Positions 181,746 to 194,100 of a stretch of DNA of 248,000 bases are shown one piece after another. A program made the translations under genes and the position numbers. Origin of the DNA: Andalucia godoyi And28 (taxonomy: Eukaryota; Protista; Jakobida). The stretch is from assembly GCA_009859145.1 (NCBI GenBank), contig VRVR01000022.1, forward strand, positions 20,001 to 268,000. The letters run 5' to 3'. The notes beneath the pieces were generated by a model. That model was not told the DNA's origin, did not search any database, and saw only the letters and a list, made by a program, of their open reading frames with translations. Each line of letters begins with the position of its first letter. Within the stretch, counting starts at the first letter, position 1.

Positions 181746-182619
181746 ATGTGGAGCATCTCGCCGATTCTCTGCATCACACTATGTGCACTGCTGCTCACTA
181801 TTCACGCATCTGCTGTTCCTCTGTCTCCAGACAGTCCCCGGACACAAGAATCTCTCCAGTGCAGCTCGGAAGCCATCGATTACAGATTGTCCGACCTTGG
181901 CCCAAACACGTTCTATGAAGTCCGAGTGTCATACCCTGCTTCCGTATGTTTGAAATACACATGCACATATAGAACCTCGTTTTTCCTTATATTGCTGTAT
182001 TCAGCATTTCTCATTTCACAATATTTTCTAATCTGCTTTTGTTGTTGTTGGCGTCGATGTTCCAGAATCCAGCGACATTCCAATTGATGTTTGACACTGA
182101 AGTTTCCGCAACTCGGTCGCTGCTTGATATCGAAAAGGTGATGTTCAAAACAGATGCGGATTCACGTATTATCGTATGCATTTTCTGTTTACTGTCCCAT
182201 TTTTTTAAAAATTGGTTTTTATTGTTTGTGAAAAAACAGGATGTCCACGGATTGTCATGGACAAGCTGGAAGGGAGAGTTGAACCATGGTTGCTAACCAT
182301 TCATCGTCATCACCATCATGTTGCGGTTGATGCTATTATTGCTCAGGGTCGCGCGCCAAATGCAAATGGGGAATATATACTGCATGTGAGCTGCGTTCGA
182401 GAGGTTCCTGCAAAATCGGAGGCGATCTCTGGCAAGCCAGTTGTGTTTAACATTGTTCTGGAGTCGTTAATTCTCAATGTTCCATTTGACGTCGCAAAGA
182501 TTGGATTTGTTGGCTTCTTTGCTATCTTGTTCATTTATGCGGCCGTAATTCCTTATTGCAACAGCAGGCACACCGAATTCGGAAAAGTATGGGACAAGGA
182601 CAGCAGAGATCGCGACTAA
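181746..182619 (+). CDS. Multi-exon membrane protein with signal peptide
   Basis: Signal peptide, YEVRVSYPAS, C-terminal TM; GTATGT donors. Confidence 0.5.
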
Positions 182620-183247
182620 CACAAAAACAATCGTTCTATTTTTCCTCCTCACCCGTGTCGCACTGCAAACTCGCGTCTTAGATCGCCACTCCTGGACCTC
182701 TCCATCCCTCCATCCCCCCAACCATCGATCGAGTATCCATACTTCCGTAAACTGACAGTACTGTAACCTTCCTGCGCACGCAGTTTCTTCGTTTTCGGAC
182801 AAAGGCCTTGCATGTTCGCGTGGCCAGCTGTAGCCCATCCGCGGGGCCCCAACCAACCAGGAAAAAAACGAGAAATTTTGATCAAGACTTGCGTGTGTGT
182901 GTTTGCTGATTCCGCACTCTGCATCCCGAAAGTGCTTCTTGCGACAGAGTCCTGGATCGTGAACGGTGAACTGTGAAGCGTGCTTGGACCGTGGACCCTT
183001 TTTCATTTTCTCTGTATCTTAATTCAGTGACCTATTTCCATTCATCCACGTTGTACCACTTGCGCGCGCGTGTGTGTGTGTGTATACCGGTATATTTACA
183101 TTTATACATTATTTTTCCCGCCCTCCCTCTCAGCCAGTCGCTCAAAAAGCAGTTGTATTCAGATTGAAACGAAAGACAGAAAAAGGGCAATTCACACACG
183201 GCAACATTATTAGTATTGTTACTATCATTCGCAAAACAACATCAAAC

Positions 183248-186200
183248 ATGGCCACGCTTCGGTGGTTGCAGAGTCAGTCCACATCCTTGATTCCGCGTCT
183301 TGAAGCGCACACATTGGTGTTCGTGGGTCCATCTGCCTACGTGTATGGTGGAAAGATTACTTCGGAGGCGGACCCTTCGTCATTCAAGGTGAATGACGTT
183401 CTGTATTTGTTTGATGCGGATGATCTGACTGGATTAGAACTTATTGACAGTGCAGGAGAAAAGCCTCCAGGACTTTTCGACCACTTGGCAGCGCCTCAGC
183501 ACGAATCGTCACGAATGTGGATTTTTGGAGGGAAAACAGCCTCCGACGAACCATCAAAGGATATTTATATGTATGATGCTGAGGCCGATGCATGGGCAAT
183601 GTGCCAACGACCGCCTTTTGATGTTCGAAAGAATGCAGGCCTGTCTGCAACGGCTGACAAGGTCCTGTTGTTCTCTCTGGATGATTTTATCTTGGGTGTG
183701 TACGATCCTGTGGAGGACTCGTGGGCAATGTGCATGTTTTCAGTGAGCGTGGCATTATCGCCTCCCGAGGACTTGACGCCGTTCACTATCCGTGTGTCGA
183801 ACCGCATTTACCGGATTCTCTGTTCCATATCTCAGCGGTCTTTCTCAGCCGACGAGTTTGTGCTGCCGCTGCAGTCGCATCCCGTTTGTCTTTCCCAGAA
183901 CTACATTATCTGCGTTGGACAATCTTCTGCACAACATTTCATTTTCGATTCTGAATCGGGGCTTTTGCAGAGTACGTCGCCTGTCATTCAAATTGAAAAA
184001 TCAGACTTGGTTCTTGGAGATAGCGTTTGCATGGGTGGACTCGAAACAGTTCTGTTTCTGTTGAATCGCAACGGTTTCTATTCGCTGGTGATGCCCGATC
184101 CTCTTCCAGGAACCAAGCCATCGCATATTTCGTTTTCCTCGGTGATCGAAGCAACACGAATTCCCGAACGCCTCTTTCTCGAAATGGATCCGAAGCAGCT
184201 GCTCGCAAAAGTTCGCGAACGACTCACGTTCGTGGAAACAGCTCTGGATGATGCTATCGCAACCGTCAATCCTCGGTTAAAACAAGACTTCGATATTGTG
184301 GTTGCTGAAAAGGCGCGTGTCGAAATCGAAATGGTGGATTTGTTTGAGACGATCGAGAATCTTGAAATGACAGTCACCGAAAAGGAAAAGGAAATGTCCA
184401 CCTTGAAGGAGAGTTTCGACAAAGCAATCGAGCCGTTTCAATCGGAAAACACGCAGCTGAGAGCGCAAGTGACAGAACTATCGATGGAGGTGAATTTCCG
184501 TCGCACAGACACTTTGATGAAAGAAGAAGAATTGGAGAATTTTCAATCGTATCGACAGCAGCTAGTTTCGGAAAATGAAGAATTGAAGCGACAAGTGGAT
184601 GAAATTCTTGAGGATATGGCAGAGCGCGATGCCGAAGTCGCCTCCCAGGCTGCTTTGATTGACAATTTGAAGGCGGAGCACAGGTCAGTGACGTTGCAAA
184701 ATGAGGAGCTTGCATCAAAGAACATGTCGTTGTTGAGAACAGAAAACGAATCGCTGAAGATGGAGATTGTTGCACTGAAACTGGAGAAAACCGAAATTGC
184801 AAGCCAGAACGAAGAATTAATACGCGAATCTCAAGAGAATTCGTCTCTTATTTTGGAGCTCAATGAAAAGATACAGTTGTTGGAAGCTGAGAACGCGGAT
184901 TTGGGTGCGCGGTTTGCAGAAACCCTGAACGAATACGAGAGTTTGTTAAACGCTCATCAAGCACTGCATTCTCAAGTTTCTCTTTTGGAAGCCGCCGCAG
185001 CAGCAGCAACAGCAGCAACTTCTTCTTCAGGCACATCAGGAACGCTCACACAGCAGCCCGTCACGGAGGGCGTCGCTGTGGCGTCACTTTCCGATATTTT
185101 GACGGAAAATGCCACGCTTAAGGAGCAAGTTGCGGAAATTGTCGGCCAGTACGATGCATTGGTTTGTCAGCTTCGAGACATCCAAGGAAGAATTCAGGAT
185201 CTGGAGGAGGAGAATGCATACTTGAATTCCAGCATGGAGAGAGATGCAAATTTAACTCCTTTTGAACGGTGCGTCAGCGTTGGCATTTCAACGGACGATC
185301 TCGAATCTGCCCCCGAGCTGGTGGAGGTTCGAGCTGCCCTTGATCAGGTTACGTCGCTTGCCCGGGACCTGGCATTGGAGAACGAGAAGCTTTGCGGAAG
185401 CTTGCAAAGATACGAGGTCCTGGAGGCAGAAAATGCATATTTGAAAAATGAAGTTGTCAAGCTACGAAGCAAGCCTGCTTCCCAAACCGAAGCTGCAACA
185501 ATTCGAGATGTTGAACAGATTTCACGGTCCATTGAAGGCAGGGACTCCTTGTTGTCCCAGCTGCAAGCTGATCTCGTCACCTTGGATCGCGAAAATGCGT
185601 ATCTTGTAGACGATCTGGGACTGTCCAAGTCCGAGCTTGAGTCATATCGCTTCTTGCTGCGCAAGGTTGAAGAGGATTGCCAGTTGATGATTTCCGATTT
185701 CGAAAGCCGTGCAGATTCTTTTTGTGCTGTGGTTGCCGACAAGCTGGGCTTGCTGGAGTCCCGCATCGAACGGATGGATGCACAAGCGACGAATCTTGTG
185801 AATGCAAATGAAACCTGCTGCAACGCAGCTGAACTAACGTCAACGCTAGAAACAGCAATTGCGGATTCTTCAGCGTATTGCGCGAATCCGTTGCCCTCCG
185901 CTTCTGAATCTCAGGCTTCCACGGACGGTCTGCATTCAAATACTGCATCTGGTGGGAACAGCACGGGCCATGCGAGTCCTGCGCTTCCATCGAATCCGCT
186001 ACTAGAATCGCTTTTGCAGACTGTGACGCAGCTCCACAATGAACATTTGCTGCAAGTTGTGGAACTGAGAGAATCAAAGACGGCCGAGGATGATGCGACC
186101 GCGTGTATCCAGGACTTGGGATGCAGGCTGGCGGGCACAGAGGACGAGTTGCGGAAGGTTTTTGAAGTTGTGGCAGACGAACGATCGAATAATACTGTGA

Positions 186201-189200
186201 AGAGTGCGATGATTTCGTCTCTGGAGTCAAACTTGAACAAGTTGTCTGCATCGTTGGCAATCGTTCGCGAGATAGTGGAAGCAAGAGACGAGGAGCTTGT
186301 GCAGTTGAAAGGCACGATCAAGCATTTGCAGGACTCCAGGGCCGCAGTGTTGCAGACAGTTTCGGAACTGCATCAACAGTACTTGTTAACTTCTGTTCAA
186401 TTGAAAGAGGCGAGAGATCTGAACGTTGAAACAGACAGGCGATTGCAAGAGCTTTCTGCTTCGGTCTTGCAAGCAAGGTCTCTTGCGCAGTCTCAGAACG
186501 ACGCAGTTGCTGTCTTGGCTGACGAAAAGGCCAGTCTTTTGAATGCGGCATTGAGTCTCCAAGTTAGATCAAGTGACAACGGCGCAGGGCTTTCGGCGGG
186601 CGATTCCCCTTCTGCGTCCTCTTCTTCATCAGAGCCCCTCCTAATCCAGCAAAGCAACATTGAACCGCAAGACAAGCAGGACCGCGGTGCAGCAAGCCAA
186701 ACTCAAACTTGCGAGGTGCTGGATCATGCAGCTGCTATTCAATCCCTGGAAATGCGGAACATTGCACTATCGAATCGGTTGACGGCTTCGTTGGATGAGT
186801 TTGCGCAACTGAAGGCAGCTGGTAGTTCCACTGGCAACGTACCGACTTCGACCTCGGTTTCTACCTCGGTGTCTCCTCCGAGTTCTCGGACATCGTCAAA
186901 CAAGACGTCTGCACCGTCTGACGTGCTTTCCACGGGTTCTCTGCCGTCCCTTGTGGATAACGCACGCATTGCATCCGAGCTTGATGCTCTTCAGCAAGAG
187001 AATGCGATGCTTGCAGTTCGTTTGGCCGAGCGTGAAAGTCTGCATGTTGAATTGGACGCAACAAACAAGGCTCTTCTCCGTGAGTGTTCCCTGAGCGAAT
187101 CTCTTAGACTGCGAGTTTCGACGCTCGAGAATGACTTGCTTCAAAGCAAGCTTCGATCGGAGTCGCAACTGACTGTGCTGCAAGCTACATTGTTCGAACG
187201 GCAATCACAAGTTGTGGACAAGGATGATGAAATCAAATTGTTGTCGCAGAAATGCGAGGCGCTGGTATTGTCGCTGTCCAAGTCGAGCGTTAGTAGCGAC
187301 TCGAATTTCTCAGAGATTCTTGAAGACTTGCATTTCAAGTCCCGAGAAAGCTCGATAAGGTCCTCGGTTTTAGAAAACGAAAACTCAGGGTTGCGTGAGC
187401 TGCTGAACGAGAGGAATGCCGAAATTTCCTCCTTGCATTCCCAATTGAAGGACGCTGCATCTGCAAGATTGCATCTAAGCGAGCAACTCTCATCCAAGTC
187501 GCTGATGGCTTCGACCTTGGAGTCGGAGCTTAGCGTAGCGAAAATGGAGGTCGAGTTTTCAAAGTCCGAATCAGAGAAGTTGGCAAAGTATTCCAAGAAT
187601 TTGGAGAGCATTGTACGACTCCTTGAGCAATCTGGACAGGAGCGTGAGGCTCGCATTTCTTCTCTTACCGAGGATTTGCTTGTTGCAAAGTCTGCGGCAG
187701 TTCCGGTCGGTCCTGCAACAGCCACCATCGCCGAGCTGTCGCAACCCAGAGCTGCAGAGTTCCAGGATCGTATTGACCGACTTGAATCCCAGCTGAGGAT
187801 GCTGTCATCTTCGGTGATTATCGAGTCACAAAAGCTTTCCGCGGCGCAGGAGGACAGCGCTCTACTGAAGGCCCAGTTGTCGCAGTCCATTGAAAAGTGC
187901 AGCGCGATGCAGCGCCAGTCGTTGCTTCTCCTGGACAATGTTACGGAATTGCAGCGAATGCATGACGTCAATTTGATTCGTCTTCATCAAGAATCTGCGA
188001 AGGTTTTGGAGTTAGAGTCTATCAATCGTCGACTCGCTGTTCAGCTTGAAGACGTTTTGAAGAATTCTCGAGTTTATAGGGATGTTCCGGTCGTCGCCAG
188101 CCGCTCTTCACCGCAGGTGGTGTCTGGTGCGGAGGGCCGTGCAGAGGCCGAAGAGGCACCCGTCATCGATTGCCAGCGCTCGTCGGAGGACGTTGACGGA
188201 GATGCGCCCTCCACGAGACACATGCCTTCTGAAGAGAAGAACGAGGACAATTTGCTAGCTCTCCAGGCCCAATCTCTGCAGGTTGAGATCAGAGCTTTAC
188301 AGGGAAGTGTTGCTCTGTTGACTGCCGAAAACCGGTCTTTGTGCGAGCAACGTGAGACGAATCTCAACGAATTACGTTTATTGCGCAGCGAAGCAGAGGA
188401 TTCGAAATTGCACGGTCATCGCATCAGTCGGGAACTTCTGTCGTCTCAGATGGAATGCCAACAATTGCGCGATGAAGCAACCCATCTTGTTCGTGATGTC
188501 AATGGGTTACGAGCGCAACTTGATTTGGTTTCCTCCAAGATGTCCTCGCAGTCTTCTGAGAACATGCAGCTCCGATCCTTATTGGAGGACCAGCTTCGCG
188601 ATCTTGGGGATTCCCAGGCTTCCAATTCCAAACTTCTAGGTGAACTGTCTGTGGCTACGAAGTCTACCGAAGATTTGCACCAGGAGCTTCACTCTGTGCG
188701 ATCCCACTTGCATTTTGTTCAAGTGAAATTGACCTCTGCCGAGTCGTCGATGTTCGACTTGAATGCTGAAGTCGGTGTGTACCGCCATGAGAACGAGGTT
188801 TTGCATCGCTCCGTTTCAGTCCTGCAATCCGACATCGCATCTCTTCGTCAGCAACACGAATCTCAAATGATTGTCCTGGCGGATGCGAAGAGAGCAGCTG
188901 CGGATCTCCAGTCCGTTGTGGAAGTGCAAGTCTTGAAGATCAATGAGCTGACATCTCTTGCGGAGCACTTGCAGTCTTCGCAGCAGATGTTGCGGCTAGA
189001 AAATGAAGACCGCGAAAAGGCGAAAGAGGATCTACTGGAATCTGTGTCAAGACTAGAATCCGAATGCAACTCCTTGCGTCAAAGCAATGATGATCAACGC
189101 TCCGTGATATCTCTGAAAAACTCGGAGATTTCCCGCTGCCTCTCGGACATTGAACGATTGAATGCGCAAATCGTCGTCTTGACGACGACCACGTCTCAGA

Positions 189201-191128
189201 AGGACGCGAGGATTCTTGAACTCGATTCTTCCATCAAGCAGTACCTTTCCGAGCAGGCGAAAACCAAGACGCAAGTCGGAGAGATGATGCGAGAACTGGA
189301 AAGCTTTCAAGTCGTCTATTCATATGAAACAGCAGAAAGGAATGAGGTCTCAAAGTCGTTGATGGTTAGCGAATTATCTCTCAAGGCCTCTGATCGGCAA
189401 ATCAGTATTTTGGATGGGAAGGTGAAGTCTCTTCAGGACTCCGCGAATGCCCGCCAAGTCCAGATTCTTCAACTTCAAGAACACGTTGATGTCTGCGAAA
189501 CCGAGTTATCCGTGTCTCGTATTCGCATTTCAGAACTGGAGGATGTTGTCACGCAGTTGGAACAAGCGAAAGCGGAATTAAATGGTGCCTTGTTGACGTC
189601 TCGATCAGATTGCGCTGCACTTGAGATGTCGGTTTCGGAAGGTGAGCGCACGAACAGACGGCTGACGGACGATTTGACTGCTGTTCGTGCTGATCTGCAA
189701 AAGACTGCCGTCGAATCGGAAGATTTACGGTTGACTATCCAGCGTCTTGAAAAGGATTTGGAAGGATCAAGGAATACCGAAGCATCGACTACTGTAAGCC
189801 TGCAAACTGCTCGGAGTGCCGTTATTCATTTGGAATTGGAAACAAAGCAGCTGAAGTTGTCTCTTGCCGATGTGACTCATCAACTGCAAGATTCCATTAA
189901 GGAGTGTTCTTTACATGAAGAAACGATCAAGTCACATGAGTGCACTCTGTCGCAGCAAGGTTCCGAAATCACAGAACTGCGGCAGAATCTGGCGGACACG
190001 GTAAGCCGCGCGGAGTTTCTCCACAGCGAAGTGCAAGACCGCGAAAAGGAGATCGATAGCTACAGTGAACAGGTATCCACGTTGGGAAGCGAATTGAATA
190101 CCATGAAGACCTCCATCTCGAATCTCGTTGAGCAGCTGCAGTCTCTGGAGCACTCACTTGTGACGGAGCGTTGTGTTGTGGCACAGTTGGAGGCGTCGTG
190201 TGCCAACCTCGAAATCGAGAAGCACCGACTGGAAACCGAGTTGTCTGCAAGCAGTGGGCAGCTTGTGGATGCCCATTCATCAATCTCGAAGCTTACAGAT
190301 GGTCTCAGAAATCTCACCGATGACCATGCGTTGCTGACTGCCGAGCGCAACGATCTCGTGCAGTCGCTCGAAGTGTCGACGTCCACCTTGGCTTCGACTC
190401 GTGATCTTCTGGATGCCGCGTCTACTGCTCGAGATTCCACCTCCGCGCAACTGGCTGCTTGCCAACAGTTGTTGCGTGACGTGAACGCTAGACTCGCAGA
190501 CTTGGAGGGCCTCCGCAGTGACCTTGTGCTCACCAATGCGCAACTGTCCTCTGCTCTTGCTGCGGAGGAGCTCGCATCTGCAAGTCTGCGCAGCCAATTG
190601 ACTGATTGTCAATCACAGCTGAGTGAAGCATTGGTCAATTTGGATGGTGCTTCGACAATGGTATGCCATCTAGGCAGTGCGCTCGCCATTCGCAATGTTA
190701 TTGTTGAAGAATTGGAGGTAGTTCTTCGAGAATCGCGGGAGGAAGTCCATCGTTCAAGCATTATCATTGCAGAGCGAGACAGCACGGTTCATGGGTTGAC
190801 GCAGCAGCTTGCCACTCTCGAAGACTCGCTTCGCGATACGCAAGCGCGGTTGGAGACGACTTCTGCGCTGCTTCGGAGGACGGAGTCCTTACTGTGTGAA
190901 AAATCGGCTGCCTTGACCGACGAAATCCGACGTGGGAAGGACACACAATCTCTCTTAGACGCATGCAGATGCGATCGGGCTAATTTGGAGGAATCGTTGC
191001 AATTAACGGAAGCAGATTTGGCTGCCGTGCGAAACGATTTTGAGCGCGTGTCCAAGGTTGCTGATCGTTGTCAATCGTTTACTGTGGAATTTGTAGATCG
191101 TCTAGTTGATTCGTGGAGTTTTCAGTAG
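183248..191128 (+). CDS. Kelch-repeat plus very long coiled-coil protein
   Basis: HTLV..YVYGG, WIFGG, YMYD..W; more than 2000 aa of heptads. Confidence 0.8.
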   Translation: MATLRWLQSQSTSLIPRLEAHTLVFVGPSAYVYGGKITSEADPSSFKVNDVLYLFDADDLTGLELIDSAGEKPPGLFDHLAAPQHESSRMWIFGGKTASDEPSKDIYMYDAEADAWAMCQRPPFDVRKNAGLSATADKVLLFSLDDFILGVYDPVEDSWAMCMFSVSVALSPPEDLTPFTIRVSNRIYRILCSISQRSFSADEFVLPLQSHPVCLSQNYIICVGQSSAQHFIFDSESGLLQSTSPVIQIEKSDLVLGDSVCMGGLETVLFLLNRNGFYSLVMPDPLPGTKPSHISFSSVIEATRIPERLFLEMDPKQLLAKVRERLTFVETALDDAIATVNPRLKQDFDIVVAEKARVEIEMVDLFETIENLEMTVTEKEKEMSTLKESFDKAIEPFQSENTQLRAQVTELSMEVNFRRTDTLMKEEELENFQSYRQQLVSENEELKRQVDEILEDMAERDAEVASQAALIDNLKAEHRSVTLQNEELASKNMSLLRTENESLKMEIVALKLEKTEIASQNEELIRESQENSSLILELNEKIQLLEAENADLGARFAETLNEYESLLNAHQALHSQVSLLEAAAAAATAATSSSGTSGTLTQQPVTEGVAVASLSDILTENATLKEQVAEIVGQYDALVCQLRDIQGRIQDLEEENAYLNSSMERDANLTPFERCVSVGISTDDLESAPELVEVRAALDQVTSLARDLALENEKLCGSLQRYEVLEAENAYLKNEVVKLRSKPASQTEAATIRDVEQISRSIEGRDSLLSQLQADLVTLDRENAYLVDDLGLSKSELESYRFLLRKVEEDCQLMISDFESRADSFCAVVADKLGLLESRIERMDAQATNLVNANETCCNAAELTSTLETAIADSSAYCANPLPSASESQASTDGLHSNTASGGNSTGHASPALPSNPLLESLLQTVTQLHNEHLLQVVELRESKTAEDDATACIQDLGCRLAGTEDELRKVFEVVADERSNNTVKSAMISSLESNLNKLSASLAIVREIVEARDEELVQLKGTIKHLQDSRAAVLQTVSELHQQYLLTSVQLKEARDLNVETDRRLQELSASVLQARSLAQSQNDAVAVLADEKASLLNAALSLQVRSSDNGAGLSAGDSPSASSSSSEPLLIQQSNIEPQDKQDRGAASQTQTCEVLDHAAAIQSLEMRNIALSNRLTASLDEFAQLKAAGSSTGNVPTSTSVSTSVSPPSSRTSSNKTSAPSDVLSTGSLPSLVDNARIASELDALQQENAMLAVRLAERESLHVELDATNKALLRECSLSESLRLRVSTLENDLLQSKLRSESQLTVLQATLFERQSQVVDKDDEIKLLSQKCEALVLSLSKSSVSSDSNFSEILEDLHFKSRESSIRSSVLENENSGLRELLNERNAEISSLHSQLKDAASARLHLSEQLSSKSLMASTLESELSVAKMEVEFSKSESEKLAKYSKNLESIVRLLEQSGQEREARISSLTEDLLVAKSAAVPVGPATATIAELSQPRAAEFQDRIDRLESQLRMLSSSVIIESQKLSAAQEDSALLKAQLSQSIEKCSAMQRQSLLLLDNVTELQRMHDVNLIRLHQESAKVLELESINRRLAVQLEDVLKNSRVYRDVPVVASRSSPQVVSGAEGRAEAEEAPVIDCQRSSEDVDGDAPSTRHMPSEEKNEDNLLALQAQSLQVEIRALQGSVALLTAENRSLCEQRETNLNELRLLRSEAEDSKLHGHRISRELLSSQMECQQLRDEATHLVRDVNGLRAQLDLVSSKMSSQSSENMQLRSLLEDQLRDLGDSQASNSKLLGELSVATKSTEDLHQELHSVRSHLHFVQVKLTSAESSMFDLNAEVGVYRHENEVLHRSVSVLQSDIASLRQQHESQMIVLADAKRAAADLQSVVEVQVLKINELTSLAEHLQSSQQMLRLENEDREKAKEDLLESVSRLESECNSLRQSNDDQRSVISLKNSEISRCLSDIERLNAQIVVLTTTTSQKDARILELDSSIKQYLSEQAKTKTQVGEMMRELESFQVVYSYETAERNEVSKSLMVSELSLKASDRQISILDGKVKSLQDSANARQVQILQLQEHVDVCETELSVSRIRISELEDVVTQLEQAKAELNGALLTSRSDCAALEMSVSEGERTNRRLTDDLTAVRADLQKTAVESEDLRLTIQRLEKDLEGSRNTEASTTVSLQTARSAVIHLELETKQLKLSLADVTHQLQDSIKECSLHEETIKSHECTLSQQGSEITELRQNLADTVSRAEFLHSEVQDREKEIDSYSEQVSTLGSELNTMKTSISNLVEQLQSLEHSLVTERCVVAQLEASCANLEIEKHRLETELSASSGQLVDAHSSISKLTDGLRNLTDDHALLTAERNDLVQSLEVSTSTLASTRDLLDAASTARDSTSAQLAACQQLLRDVNARLADLEGLRSDLVLTNAQLSSALAAEELASASLRSQLTDCQSQLSEALVNLDGASTMVCHLGSALAIRNVIVEELEVVLRESREEVHRSSIIIAERDSTVHGLTQQLATLEDSLRDTQARLETTSALLRRTESLLCEKSAALTDEIRRGKDTQSLLDACRCDRANLEESLQLTEADLAAVRNDFERVSKVADRCQSFTVEFVDRLVDSWSFQ

Positions 191129-194100
191129 ATACAGAATAAATCTCTTCCTCAGTGGATTGCCGAGTTTCCTTTGCGTGGAAGATGGCGCAGAGATGCAGCA
191201 GAAACTCGGGGATGGTGATGGCAAATCGGTTGCACTCGTCATTTTCCTCGTTCTTCATCATTTCGCTCACCAGCTTCTCCGAAGTTGCCCCATGCTGGTT
191301 GCCTCCAAGCATGTTGCTCACAGAGCTGCTGGATACTGCAAGTGCACCGATTGCCGATGCATACTTGTTCTGCACCGACCGACTTACCTCCTCATGTGTC
191401 ACTGGATGCTGGCGAGCAATCTCAGCAACCTTGAAGCCGACTTCTTTGAGGAAAATCTCAGCGTCGACGTGCGTTGCCTCCAAGTGGGTCAACAGCGCAT
191501 CCAAGATCGTTAGCACTCTTCGTACCGAAACGACCTTCACATAGGCATTCTTGTTGTTTGGATTGTCGGCCACGGCTCGATTCACAGAAATCGCAGAGCC
191601 CGAAGGAGAAATCATAAACAGAAGGCCAGAAGGTGATTCTTCGACATAGCGCTTGGCGACCACAAACAACTCCCAGCACCGTGTAGACCACTCCTCAGAC
191701 AAAAACTTTGAGAAAATCTCAACGAACGGTTCCGTCTTCCGATGTTGTTCCACAGTCGCGACGAGGTGACCCACGTACTGATCAACCAGCAGATGGGTTC
191801 CGTACTGCTGCCGCATGAACTCAAACACAAAGTAAGGCATGGAAACGTGGTCTTCCGGCTTACCTTCTCGAACGGCAGCAGCATCCCACAGAACCTTTTC
191901 TTTGAGCAACACGTGAACAAGTCGCAGAATCCAGAGAATAGATTTTGATTTTGAAGTCTTGAATTTCTTGAAAACAGCCAGCAGTCGCTGATTTCGCTCA
192001 TACCTAGACTCGGGCTGCTGTCTTGCTGCGACAATACGCGGCGTAGAATGCTCGACAGTCAGACCAGGCGGCACTTCGCTCGACGCAACATGCAATCCGC
192101 GGGGAGTCTTGGTCGAGGACGCGGACGCCGGTTCTTTCCTGTTGTTTTTCTGATCTTCTCCTTCCGCCAACAGCTCACTGGAGTTCATCTTCCCACCTCT
192201 TGCGCGGTCAAAATTGTTGAAGTCCGCGTCCGCATCGCCTTGTTCTGGGATAATTCCAAGCGCAGATTCTGCAAGAAGCGTTCGAACCTTCTTGCCCTTG
192301 ACTTTCTTTGCGGTACTGGGGATTTCAAATGCGTCCGTCTGCACCGCCTTGTGGCTGATTTCAATCATGCCGAATGCAGACGATATTCTTGAGTGGAGGC
192401 GTCTTCTCGCCCCCGCTGGATCCGCCGCTGAGCGAGCTGGGTGAGTTGCGGAGCCAACAGGCAGCTCTTTAACATCCTGTTTGAACTCTTTCCCCAACTC
192501 CGCCTGCTTGTCCTTTAGATCATTCAACCGCTCGACAATTGAGGCCAGCTTGTCCTGTGCGGAGGAAGCACGCTTCCTCTTTGCGCCACTCTTGGTAGTG
192601 GAGCCACCCCATCCTTCAACACGATCCAGTAGGTAGTCAAGTTCCTTAATCATCAGTTCCACGCGAGCAACCCCCTTGTTCTTCTCAGCTGGCAGCGCCT
192701 CATCATCGAAAAAGTCCGGAAGTTCGCCTTCCTGTGCAACGAAGTCTCCTCCTTCGGCATTCCGCGGTTGCTCCGGTGCAACTTTGATTTCGCGGACTGC
192801 ACGCTGCAACACCTTACGAATACCAATGATTTGGTCCGACCAGTCCTTCTTCTCTTCGCCAAACTCCTTTTGCACGGTTTGGACGATGCTAACAATTTGT
192901 GAAACATTCGACTGAAGCTCTGCCCTCGCAGCAATAATGTCCTGGCGCACAGCCTCGTAGTCGCTTTGGAGCTGAGCAATTTGCTCCTGACTGGGAAATA
193001 CACTCATTGCTGCTCGCACTCGACTTTCGATTGCGGTATACCACTGCTCCAAAGTATCACCGACAAAGTCATCTGCAAACAGCGCACGGTGATCCTTGAG
193101 AACATAACGCTCCAGATCATCGTGACCGTGGACTTCATCTTGCCTCCAAATGCGAAGGGCCGGCCACTGCTGTGAATCCGCGGGCAGAACGCGCAGCAGC
193201 ATGTCGTCGACAGCATCTGTGACATACCGCATTCGACGAAGGCTCCGACATTCCGCAGCTCCATCTTTGGAGGGCAACGGATCGACCTGAACTCCGATGG
193301 GCTTTCCGATGCTGAAGGACGTCAGAATGCCGCGAGGAGACATCTGACACGCAGAATCGGTGAAAACGGGACGGTCCTCCATGAGCATTTGCACTTGCTG
193401 CTCGGTGCGCTTCAGTTTATCCTGCAGCGATGCAAGAAGTGCATCCTTCTGCATTACCTCCTTCTTAAGCTCTACTAAAATCTGCTTCTGAGCTATCGCG
193501 CGATTGTCCATTCGAACTTTCTCTCTCTCACTAGAGCGGACCGCTTCTGCGACCTGCTGAATTCGCCCTTTGCACAGTTTTGACACAGCTTGCAGCGCAC
193601 GAAGGCTTGTCTGCAAATGTGAATCATACGCGCCCTTCACTTTTTCCAACAAGACACCGCGTTCCGCACAATGAACCCAAACTTGTCGCACGAGTTCCGA
193701 GAAGCATAAATCCTCCACCGCCAGTTGACTTTCCAGTTGTCGACGAACTTGCTCCACTGCCACAGTCGTTGAACTCAGGACTGCATCAATCCAGTCAGAG
193801 TGTAAATCCTCTGCTTTCTTCAACAGTTCCGCATCGCCCATGGACGCAAGATCCTCCAAATTCAGCACATCTACCGACTCTCTTGTGCGGTCCTTTCCTT
193901 CCTCGGAATTCAGCACATCGTCCATCATCATTTTGTAAGCTCTTGCGAGCAGAAGCACATCCACGCGTGACGCTGGAGCGTTAGACGGGAAAATCGTTTT
194001 CTTCCACTTGAGAAGACGACCTGGCGACAGAGCGTCGAAATGCGGTTCCACGTTTGCTTCGCCATCATTCCACGAAGCCCGTAATGGGGACTCCTCAACC

